From NCBI GenBank assembly GCA_964473565.1, contig CAYYPI010000001.1:124935-188934 (forward strand): a DNA stretch of 64,000 nucleotides, given 5' to 3'. This document shows positions 1 to 7,172 of this stretch, in pieces (positions within the stretch are counted from its first letter, which is position 1; each line of letters begins with the position of its first letter). The stretch is from an uncultured Gammaproteobacteria bacterium (lineage in GTDB: Bacteria > Patescibacteriota > Patescibacteriia > Patescibacteriales > UBA12465). Under the pieces are notes generated by a model, which was not told where the DNA came from, ran no database searches, and saw only the letters and a list, made by a program, of their open reading frames with translations. Both the position numbers and the translations under genes were made by a program.

Positions 1-37
1 CTAAGAATTCTTGATCCTGTGCATTTTCTTCTGCCAT
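1..37 (-). CDS. 5' end of an unidentified CDS running off the left edge (N-terminus MAEENAQDQEFL...)
   Basis: The reverse complement of cat at 35-37 gives an ATG, and the frame stays open to position 1. Only 12 codons are visible. It lies downstream of rpsP on the same strand. Confidence 0.25.
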   Translation of the reverse strand, partial: MAEENAQDQEFL

Positions 38-164
38 ATATTGTGTTTTGTCTTATCAAATTGATCTAAATCAGTTTTTGTCTTGACTTGTCAACTTGTA
101 AGAAGCTCTTTAAGTATTAGTATTCTATATTATAGTAAGTTTACAGATTTTGTCAAGAAAAATA

Positions 165-617
165 TTATTTCTCTTCAGCCTGTTCTTCCTTTTTAGTTTC
201 TTTATCTTCGCTACCACTTTCTGCCTTCACTTCTTCTTTAGGCTCTTCCTTCACCTCTTCTTTCGGCTCTTCCTTCACCTCTTCTTTCGCTTCAGCTTCT
301 TTAGCTTTTTTATTTTTCTCTGCCTCTTTTTGTTTAGCTACATTTTTTTTAGTAGCAATTTTTGTGGCTTTTTTCTTTTCACCTTCAATAATTTTATTTT
401 CAATAAATAGATTATTGATTGTAGGTGACATCTGTGATCCTTTTTCAATCCAATATCTTACTCTATCGCCATCAACCTTTAGGTTTTTGCTATGTGGATC
501 ATATGAGCCTAGAATTTCTAAAGCTCTGCCATATGGATCTTTGGCTTTTTCTGAGATAACGATTCTATAGGTAGGTCTATTTTTCTTACCTACTCTTGAT
601 AATCTAATAGTTAACAT
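165..617 (-). CDS. rpsP: 30S ribosomal protein S16 with a roughly 70-aa K/E-rich C-terminal extension
   Basis: The N-terminus MLTIRLSRVGKKNRPTYRIVISEKAKDPYGRALEILGSYDP...RVRYWIEKGSQMSPT is a typical S16 core. At 150 aa it is much longer than the usual 80-90 aa because of the tail ...KEEVKEEPKEEVKEEPKEEVK... Confidence 0.9.
   Translation of the reverse strand: MLTIRLSRVGKKNRPTYRIVISEKAKDPYGRALEILGSYDPHSKNLKVDGDRVRYWIEKGSQMSPTINNLFIENKIIEGEKKKATKIATKKNVAKQKEAEKNKKAKEAEAKEEVKEEPKEEVKEEPKEEVKAESGSEDKETKKEEQAEEK
241..288. repeat. Perfect 24-bp tandem repeat x2 (ggctcttccttcacctcttctttc) inside the rpsP tail
   Basis: Positions 241-264 and 265-288 are identical on direct reading. On the minus strand each unit encodes KEEVKEEP. 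Degenerate copies flank it. Confidence 0.9.
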
Positions 618-723
618 GTTTAACAGGGTTGGTAAAAAGCTTTATTAAAGCTTTAAAACCATTAATATTAATTTAATTAATAAGTAAATATTAACTTAAT
701 AATAACTAAAAGTCAATAGTAAT

Positions 724-2958
724 TTACTTTTTATTAAAGAAAGGTTTTTTAAACTTTGGCTTATCTTGATTGTTGCTAGTGTTATTGTGATTTGCTTGTT
801 CTTTAGACCAGTATTTTTCATTTTCTGGAAGTTCTTTCATGCTTAGTTTGATTTTACCATTATCATCCACTTCTTTTACTTTTACTTTTACAATATCACC
901 AATTTTTACAACATCCTCAGTCTTATTTACTCTATATGGAGCTAATTCACTAATATGAACTAAACCGTCTTGATTTTTATTTAGTTTCACAAAAGCACCA
1001 AAGTCCATGATGTTTACTACTTCACCTTCAACAATTTCACCAGGTTCAAATTCATGTACTATTTCTTTAATCATGGCCTCAGCTTCTCTTAGTTTTTCAA
1101 TATCTTGTCCAGTGATAACCACTAGACCATCTTCTTCGATGTTGATTTCGGATTCAGTTAGTTCAATGATTTTGTTAATCATTTTACCTCCTGGTCCAAT
1201 CACCATACCAATTTTTTCTGGTCTAATGCGTAGGTTAATTAATTTAGGAGCATAAGGTGAAAGTTCAGGATTTGGTTGAGAAATTGCTTCATTCATATTA
1301 GCAAGAATCTTATCCAAAGCCACTCTTCCAGCTTTTAAGGCTTCATGAATAATGTCTTTATTTAAACCATTAGTTTTAGTGTCTAATTGAATAGCTGTGA
1401 TTCCGTCTTTTGTACCCGTTACTTTAAAGTCCATTCCACCTTCACCATCTTCAAGATCTTGAATATCAGTTAGTATTTTCCATTTACTCATATCTTTGTT
1501 AGAGGCAAGACCAATAGCAATACCTGCTACTGCAGTTTTAATTGGAACACCAGCGTCCATAAGTGAAAGAGAGGAAGCACAAGTTGAGGCCATTGAAGAT
1601 GAACCATTAGAACCTAATGTTTCTGATACAATTCTAATAGTATAAGGAAAGTCATCCTTACTTGGTAGAACTGGAATTAGCGCTTTTTCAGCTAAAGCAC
1701 CATGACCAACTTCTCTACGTCCGGTTCCCCTAAGAGGTTTAGCCTCTCCTACACTGTAAGGAGGGAAGTTATAATGATGCATAAATCTTTTAGTGCTAGG
1801 CCCTTCAATTCCTTCCAGTGATTGCTCAAGAGATGGAGAGCCTAATGTTAGCACAGACATCACTTGAGTTTCACCACGAGAAAATAATCCTACTCCGTGA
1901 TTTCTTGGAAAAAGGCTTACTTCTGAATTTAACTCTCTAATTTCATCAAAATCTCTTCCATCTACACGTTTATTATCTTCTAAGATTGATTTACTTACTT
2001 GATTTTCAATATTTTTATATGCAAGCTTAGAGATAGATTGTTTTCTAGCTTTTTTATCAAGTCCTTGATCAAATAAGTATTTATCTAATTCCGTCTGAAT
2101 ACTTTTAACTACAGCTTTTCTATGTTCTTTACTGTGATACTTTTGATCAAAAAGCATGTTTTTTACGTTTTCATCAAGCCACTTTTGAGTTAGCTCAAGA
2201 GCTTTTCTTTCTTGCTCTTTTACTTCTTTCTCATTTTCATCTAATAATTCTATTTTTGGAGCTTTTTCTTTAACTCCAAACTTCCCTTTGAATTCTTTAA
2301 TTAACTCAATTGAACCTTGAAGTTTTTCTTGACCTGCAAGCAAAGCTTCTTCCATTATGTCTTCTTTAAGTTCGTCAGCACCACATTCAATCATAATTGT
2401 TTTATCTTCAGTTCCAGCCACGATTAAATCTAGATCACTTTCAGCTTGTTGATCGTAAGTAGGGTTGAAAATAAATTCATTATTAATTCTTCCCACTCTA
2501 GTACCACCAACTGGTCCATTCCATTTAACGCCTGATACTGATAGAGCTGCTGAAGCAGCTACTAAAGAAACAATATCGTAGTCGTTTTCTTGATCTACAG
2601 AAAGTACTGTGATGATAACTTGCACATCTTTTCTGCTTTCATCATCAAATAAGGGTCTAACAGTTCTATCTATCATTCTACCTGTTAGAATAGAAGCATC
2701 AGTTGGTCTTCCTTCTCTTTTTACCCAACGAGAACCTTTAATTATTCCAGCTGCGTATAACTTTTCTTCAAAGTCTACCATTAAAGGGAAGAAGCTTACT
2801 CCTTCTCTTTCTTCACTAGCTTCTACAACAGTAGCCATAACTACAGTATCTCCGTATTGCACGGTTACTGCAGCGTCAGCTTGTTTAGCTAGTTTGCCTG
2901 TTTTTATTGTTAGAGTACGGCCAAGCCACTCTTTTGAAAATGTTTTTTCTTCAAACAT
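724..2958 (-). CDS. pnp: Polyribonucleotide nucleotidyltransferase (PNPase)
   Basis: 744 aa with two RNase PH-like halves (...GRREVGHGALAEKAL..., ...SNGSSSMASTCASSLSLMDAGVP...), a KH region (IGMVIGPGGKMINKI) and an S1 domain (GEIVEGEVVNIMDFGAFVKL). Confidence 0.95.
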   Translation of the reverse strand: MFEEKTFSKEWLGRTLTIKTGKLAKQADAAVTVQYGDTVVMATVVEASEEREGVSFFPLMVDFEEKLYAAGIIKGSRWVKREGRPTDASILTGRMIDRTVRPLFDDESRKDVQVIITVLSVDQENDYDIVSLVAASAALSVSGVKWNGPVGGTRVGRINNEFIFNPTYDQQAESDLDLIVAGTEDKTIMIECGADELKEDIMEEALLAGQEKLQGSIELIKEFKGKFGVKEKAPKIELLDENEKEVKEQERKALELTQKWLDENVKNMLFDQKYHSKEHRKAVVKSIQTELDKYLFDQGLDKKARKQSISKLAYKNIENQVSKSILEDNKRVDGRDFDEIRELNSEVSLFPRNHGVGLFSRGETQVMSVLTLGSPSLEQSLEGIEGPSTKRFMHHYNFPPYSVGEAKPLRGTGRREVGHGALAEKALIPVLPSKDDFPYTIRIVSETLGSNGSSSMASTCASSLSLMDAGVPIKTAVAGIAIGLASNKDMSKWKILTDIQDLEDGEGGMDFKVTGTKDGITAIQLDTKTNGLNKDIIHEALKAGRVALDKILANMNEAISQPNPELSPYAPKLINLRIRPEKIGMVIGPGGKMINKIIELTESEINIEEDGLVVITGQDIEKLREAEAMIKEIVHEFEPGEIVEGEVVNIMDFGAFVKLNKNQDGLVHISELAPYRVNKTEDVVKIGDIVKVKVKEVDDNGKIKLSMKELPENEKYWSKEQANHNNTSNNQDKPKFKKPFFNKK

Positions 2959-3091
2959 ATTTTTTTGAGCCTGACCATTAAATTACAGAACTATAAGCAA
3001 AAACTTACAGCACTATTTATCTAATGACCAAGCTTTAATTAATTTTTATTTAATAATTGTAAATAGCTATCTCTTAACTATATATAAATAT

Positions 3092-3586
3092 TTATTGTAA
3101 ATATTTTTTATCATCACTAAGATTTACAAAGTCATCACATTCTTCCACTAGTTTTGATGAGGTGGTTTGTCTAAATCCCATAACTTCAACTAAGGCACCG
3201 GTAGTGTTTTGAATGTATTCAACTAAAGGCAGATAATCGCCATCTCCAGTTACTAGAACTACTACATCTAGGTTTTTAGATAATTTAATAGCATCTACAG
3301 CAATACCAACATCCCAGTCAGCTTTTTTCATCCCAGATGAAAATATTTGTAAATCCTTCATTTTTACTTCAAAGCCTTGTTTAAGTAAGGCTTCAAAAAA
3401 AGAGGTCTCTTCTTCACTTTCAGTATGAATAACATAAGCAATAGCGCGAATAAGTTTTCTGCCGCCAACCGCATTTTTTAGTACTTCATGGAAGTTAACC
3501 CTTTTATTATAGAGATTTTTAGCGCTGTGATACATGTTGGAAACATCTACCAGTACGCCTACTCTTTGTTCTTTATGTTTAATCAT
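3092..3586 (-). CDS. NYN-domain (LabA/DUF88-like) putative ribonuclease
   Basis: 164 aa. RVGVLVDVSNMYHSA...RAIAYV...ADWDVGIAVDAI...VVLVTGDGDYLPLVEY matches the NYN/LabA acidic-residue pattern. Confidence 0.7.
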   Translation of the reverse strand: MIKHKEQRVGVLVDVSNMYHSAKNLYNKRVNFHEVLKNAVGGRKLIRAIAYVIHTESEEETSFFEALLKQGFEVKMKDLQIFSSGMKKADWDVGIAVDAIKLSKNLDVVVLVTGDGDYLPLVEYIQNTTGALVEVMGFRQTTSSKLVEECDDFVNLSDDKKYLQ

Positions 3587-3590
3587 TTTA

Positions 3591-3965
3591 TTATTTACTT
3601 TCTTCTAAGTCTTCTTTTTCCTCACTAAGAGTACTAGCGATTTCTTCTAATTTCTTTTCTTTATTAATCTTCTCCTCTTCTTCAGCTTGTAATTTTTGAG
3701 CAATCTTTAAATTTAATGATTGAGCTAATTCTTTGAAAGCTTTAGGATCTTCTTTTTGTAGGTATTTAAGTAATTTTCTTCTTTCGCTAACTTTCTTTAA
3801 TAATCCTCTACGTGAAGAGTGATCATGTTTATGATTTTTTAAATGATTAGTTAAATCTTTAATCTCAGCACTTAAAATAGCAATTTGTATTTGTGGAGAC
3901 CCAGTATCATTTTCATGAGTGCGGTGTTTGTTAATGATTCTTGTTTTTTGATCTTTTGTTAACAT
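3591..3965 (-). CDS. rpsO: 30S ribosomal protein S15 with a charged C-terminal extension
   Basis: The core TGSPQIQIAILSAEIKDLTNHLKNHKHDHSSRRGLLKKVSERRKLLKYL is S15. At 124 aa versus about 89 typical, the tail is E/K-rich. Confidence 0.9.
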   Translation of the reverse strand: MLTKDQKTRIINKHRTHENDTGSPQIQIAILSAEIKDLTNHLKNHKHDHSSRRGLLKKVSERRKLLKYLQKEDPKAFKELAQSLNLKIAQKLQAEEEEKINKEKKLEEIASTLSEEKEDLEESK

Positions 3966-4037
3966 AGGTTTTTATTGCTTAAACCGAGTCATAGTCCTAA
4001 ATAGGGCTAAGCCAAGTTTAAGTAATTAATTTTTAAT

Positions 4038-4304
4038 TTATTTACTTACTTTGTTTATTTTTTTTTGCAATCTTGATTTGTATCTATCAGCAGTATCTTT
4101 TTTAATAACTTTCTTTTTTGCAGCTTTATCAATTGTCTTAATCGCAGTTTGACTAAGTTTTTGCGCTTCTTCTTTAGAGCCACTTTCTATAGCCTTACGT
4201 GTTTTTTTAAGAGTCTTTTTTAAATCCTCTTTAACAGGTAAGTGCTGAGCAGTTCTTTTAGCGTCTTTTCTTAATTGTTTTTTTGCAGATTTAGTATTTG
4301 GCAT
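4038..4304 (-). CDS. rpsT: 30S ribosomal protein S20
   Basis: MPNTKSAKKQLRKDAKRTAQH...IKTIDKAAKKKVIKKDTADRYKSRL is a typical S20, 88 aa. Confidence 0.9.
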   Translation of the reverse strand: MPNTKSAKKQLRKDAKRTAQHLPVKEDLKKTLKKTRKAIESGSKEEAQKLSQTAIKTIDKAAKKKVIKKDTADRYKSRLQKKINKVSK

Positions 4305-4322
4305 ATTTTTTTATTATATAAT

Positions 4323-4399
4323 TGGTCGGGGCGCTGGGACTCGAACCCAGGATCTCATGCTCCCAAAGCATGCGCCTTAGCCAGCTAGGCCACGCCCCG
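4323..4399 (-). tRNA. tRNA-Pro (anticodon TGG), 3' CCA encoded
   Basis: Manual cloverleaf: acceptor CGGGGCG/CGCCCCG, anticodon stem CATGC/GCATG, loop TTTGGGA, T-arm CTGGG-TTCGAGT-CCCAG. It ends ...GACCA. Confidence 0.9.
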
Positions 4400-4416
4400 C
4401 TTAAGTTGGGCTAAGG

Positions 4417-4488
4417 TGCCGAGGGAGAGAATCGAACTCTCGACACAAGGATTTTCAGTCCTTTGCTCTACCACTGAGCTACCTCGGC
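4417..4488 (-). tRNA. tRNA-Phe (anticodon GAA)
   Basis: Acceptor GCCGAGG/CCTCGGC, anticodon stem AAGGA/TCCTT, loop CTGAAAA, T-arm GAGAG-TTCGATT-CTCTC. The full CCA is not encoded. Confidence 0.9.
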
Positions 4489-4525
4489 TAATAATGTTGA
4501 AATGTTAAATATTATTTAAATTTAT

Positions 4526-4599
<74 letters not shown>

Positions 4600-4606
4600 T
4601 CAACTG

Positions 4607-4680
4607 TGGGCAATGGAGGATTTGAACCTCCGACCTCAACATTATCAGTGTTGCGCTCTAACCAACTGAGCTAATTGCCC
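4607..4680 (-). tRNA. tRNA-Ile (anticodon GAT)
   Basis: Acceptor GGGCAAT/ATTGCCC, anticodon stem CAACA/TGTTG, loop CTGATAA, T-arm GGAGG-TTCAAAT-CCTCC. Confidence 0.9.
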
Positions 4681-4698
4681 TTCAGTTTTTTGCTAACT

Positions 4699-4727
4699 AT
4701 AGTACATAACAAAAAAATCGCTAGCAA
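4699..4727 (-). promoter_or_regulatory. Candidate sigma70-type promoter for the Ile-fMet-Phe-Pro tRNA cluster
   Basis: The minus strand reads TTGCTA-N17-TACTAT and ends about 18 nt upstream of the tRNA-Ile 5' end. Matches like this are easy to find by chance in AT-rich DNA. Confidence 0.3.
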
Positions 4728-4853
4728 AAGCGTATTTCAGTGTTTTTATAATATCAGATAGAAATAAAAAAAGCAAGTCTTTTTTATATAATTAGATAAT
4801 ACACTGATATCTTCGTCTTTTATTGCTAAAGAAATATAAATACCTTTTCTTAT

Positions 4854-5822
4854 CTATATTTTTTTAGTAATAAAATGCTCTAGCGCTGTTTCTAGTTCTA
4901 AGGAGCCAATTTTAGATAAATATTCAATTTGATTTAACTCATGTAAATGTCCTTTTATTGCTTCTAGTTCAAATTGTCTAGCTTGTGCGCAGGCTTTTTT
5001 GGCAACGAAAGGATGTATAGCAAACTCAGTAGCTATGTCATTAGCACTTTTGCCTTTATCTTGTGCAATTTTTGCTTGTGCTATTTGTTGAAACTGTCTT
5101 CTTATCATAGCCATTACATATTCAGGGGAAAATTCTGTTTGTAGTTGTTCATGTAAAAGAGTTAGGGCTGTCTTATAGTCTTTTTTACCTAGAGCATCTG
5201 TGAGGGCAAAAATATTTTCATGAATCTCTAGATTAATGTTAGCTTTTACCAGTTCTAAACTAATAGTAGTTTCTTTACTTAAATGACAAAGTTTGTGTAA
5301 TTCGTTTTTTAGGGCCCAAAGATTAGTGCCTAGATTTTTAATTAATTCGTTGCTAGCACTGTCACTTATTTCTTTATTATATTTATTGACATATTCTTTT
5401 ATCCAGCTTTTAGCTTGGTAGGGGGTCATTGCTTTAAATTCTTGCGCAAACTTTTCTTTGCTTAAATATTTCAATAATTTCTTTGCTTCAGCTAAAAGTT
5501 TCTTTTCTTCAAAGTCATTTTCAAAGAAAACAATGGCGTCAGGACTATCACTAATTTTTTCTTTTTTTAAGTAATCTAAGAATTTCTCTAAGAAGCTTTT
5601 ATTTTTATTCTTTAATATATCCTCAATAATTAACATTTTTTTCTCACTAAAAAGACTTTCACCTTTAATACTTTGGTTAATTTCTTCAAGATTAGTTTTT
5701 TGACCATCAATTCTTAGTAAAGAGTTGTCTGCATTTTTAACATTATCTAAAAATCTTTTAACAATTGCATTTAACTTCTCCTTACTTCTAAATGTATCTG
5801 ATCCGTATAGAAAAAATATCAT
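4854..5822 (-). CDS. holA: DNA polymerase III delta subunit
   Basis: 322 aa. The N-terminus MIFFLYGSDTFRSKEKL and the overall helical C-terminal half are typical of HolA. It sits in the polA-murD-holA string. Confidence 0.6.
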   Translation of the reverse strand: MIFFLYGSDTFRSKEKLNAIVKRFLDNVKNADNSLLRIDGQKTNLEEINQSIKGESLFSEKKMLIIEDILKNKNKSFLEKFLDYLKKEKISDSPDAIVFFENDFEEKKLLAEAKKLLKYLSKEKFAQEFKAMTPYQAKSWIKEYVNKYNKEISDSASNELIKNLGTNLWALKNELHKLCHLSKETTISLELVKANINLEIHENIFALTDALGKKDYKTALTLLHEQLQTEFSPEYVMAMIRRQFQQIAQAKIAQDKGKSANDIATEFAIHPFVAKKACAQARQFELEAIKGHLHELNQIEYLSKIGSLELETALEHFITKKI

Positions 5823-5825
5823 AAA

Positions 5826-7172
5826 TTATTTATTTACTTCTTCTTTAAATAGTTTACCTCTTTCTTTGTAGTTTTTAAATAAACCAAAACTAGCGCAGGC
5901 AGGGGACAATAGCACTACATCACCTTTTTCACTGTTTTCTTTAGCTTGACTAAGTGCCTCTGCCATAGAGTTTACCTGGATAATATTATCTTCTGCGTAC
6001 TTAGCTTTTAAAAGAGATGCTTTTATTTTTTTAGAGCCTTCTCCAGGAAATAGTATAGTTTTTTTAACTTTAGTTTTGAAATCTTTTACTAAAGCACTGA
6101 AGTCAGCTCCTTTATCAGCTCCTCCAGCAATTAATATAATATCTTCAGTAAAAGACTTAATATCTAGTTTTGTGCTTTCTGGTGTGGTGGAGAAAGAGTT
6201 GTTGAAATATTTTACTTTATTTTTTTCAGCTACAAACTCTAAACGATTCTCTAAATTTTCAAAGTTCTCTATAGCTTCTAAGCTTTTATTTGAATCTAAG
6301 TTTAAAAGTTTAACTAGCTCTAAACTAGCTCCAATATTTTCTTGATTATACGTCCCTTTTAGTTTAGTTTTAACTTTAGCTTTTTTATATTTTAAAATAT
6401 CACCGTGGTATTTTTCTAAGGCCTTAGGAGCGTTATTTTTATATTCAATAATAACATTTTCTTTAGTAATCAAATAATCATTATATTTTTTATGTTTAAA
6501 GATTTTAGCTTTAGCTAAAAGGTAGTCTTTATAACTATGGTGATAGTTTGGATTTTGAGGGTCAGCCGCACTTAAGTGTTCGTGATAAATATTAGTGATA
6601 ACTGAATACTTAGGACTGTATTTTAAATCCTCTAATTGAAAGCTGGATAATTCTAGGACTACATAATCATCACTTTTAATATTTTCAATAAAATCAAAAG
6701 GTGCAATTCCTATATTTCCGCCTAAATGTACTGCTTTTTCATTATTTTTTAAAATTTCAGTTATTAAAGTAGCGGTAGTGCCTTTGCCCTTAGAACCTGT
6801 TACTCCAATAATATTTTTATTAGGACAGATTTGAAAAAATAAGTTCATGGGGCTACTTAGTTCTACCTTTGCCTCTTTAGCAGCTTTAATGCCTGAGCAA
6901 GACAAAGACCAGCCAGGGGAGCGAAGTAATAAGTCATATTTATCTAAGTTTCTGTTAAAAGAGTTTTCTAATTGATAGTGATAATCTTGAGTATTTAAAG
7001 CTTCTTGTTTTAATTTCTTGTTAATTTCTGTTTGTGTTCTAAAATCACAAATTGTAATATCAAACTTATGATTTAATTTATTGATGTATTTTAATAATGA
7101 CTGATTTTCTAAACCAAGTCCTAAAATGGCAATTTTCTTATTTTCTAAAATTTTAATTAATTGGTTTTTCAT
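5826..7172 (-). CDS. murD: UDP-N-acetylmuramoylalanine--D-glutamate ligase
   Basis: Rossmann-like N-terminus KIAILGLGLENQSL and Mur-ligase P-loop GVTGSKGKGTTATLITEIL. It is 448 aa and overlaps the polA stop by 4 nt. Confidence 0.8.
   Translation of the reverse strand: MKNQLIKILENKKIAILGLGLENQSLLKYINKLNHKFDITICDFRTQTEINKKLKQEALNTQDYHYQLENSFNRNLDKYDLLLRSPGWSLSCSGIKAAKEAKVELSSPMNLFFQICPNKNIIGVTGSKGKGTTATLITEILKNNEKAVHLGGNIGIAPFDFIENIKSDDYVVLELSSFQLEDLKYSPKYSVITNIYHEHLSAADPQNPNYHHSYKDYLLAKAKIFKHKKYNDYLITKENVIIEYKNNAPKALEKYHGDILKYKKAKVKTKLKGTYNQENIGASLELVKLLNLDSNKSLEAIENFENLENRLEFVAEKNKVKYFNNSFSTTPESTKLDIKSFTEDIILIAGGADKGADFSALVKDFKTKVKKTILFPGEGSKKIKASLLKAKYAEDNIIQVNSMAEALSQAKENSEKGDVVLLSPACASFGLFKNYKERGKLFKEEVNK

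Noticed and set aside
150-570. Track ORFs 150..410(+) and 364..570(+)
   Set aside because: They are antisense to the clearly recognisable S16 gene. Their low-complexity F/L/S-rich translations are the mirror image of the K/E-rich tail. These are shadow ORFs.
636-654. Self-complementary AAAGCTTT-ATT-AAAGCTTT between pnp and rpsP as a terminator
   Set aside because: It would form an 8-bp AT-rich stem with a 3-nt loop and almost no trailing T-run beyond the stem. It might be a processing hairpin, but the evidence is not enough to annotate it.
1007-2968. Track ORFs 1007..1255(+) and 2609..2968(+)
   Set aside because: They are antisense to pnp, have no recognisable motifs, and are typical shadow ORFs in AT-rich DNA.
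3966-4037. Possible S15 autoregulatory leader upstream of rpsO: outer helix CUUAAAC/GUUUAAG enclosing mini-hairpins GGC-UUA-GCC and CCU-AUUU-AGG
   Set aside because: The helices are short and AU-rich, so they could arise by chance. It cannot be supported without thermodynamic folding and covariation.
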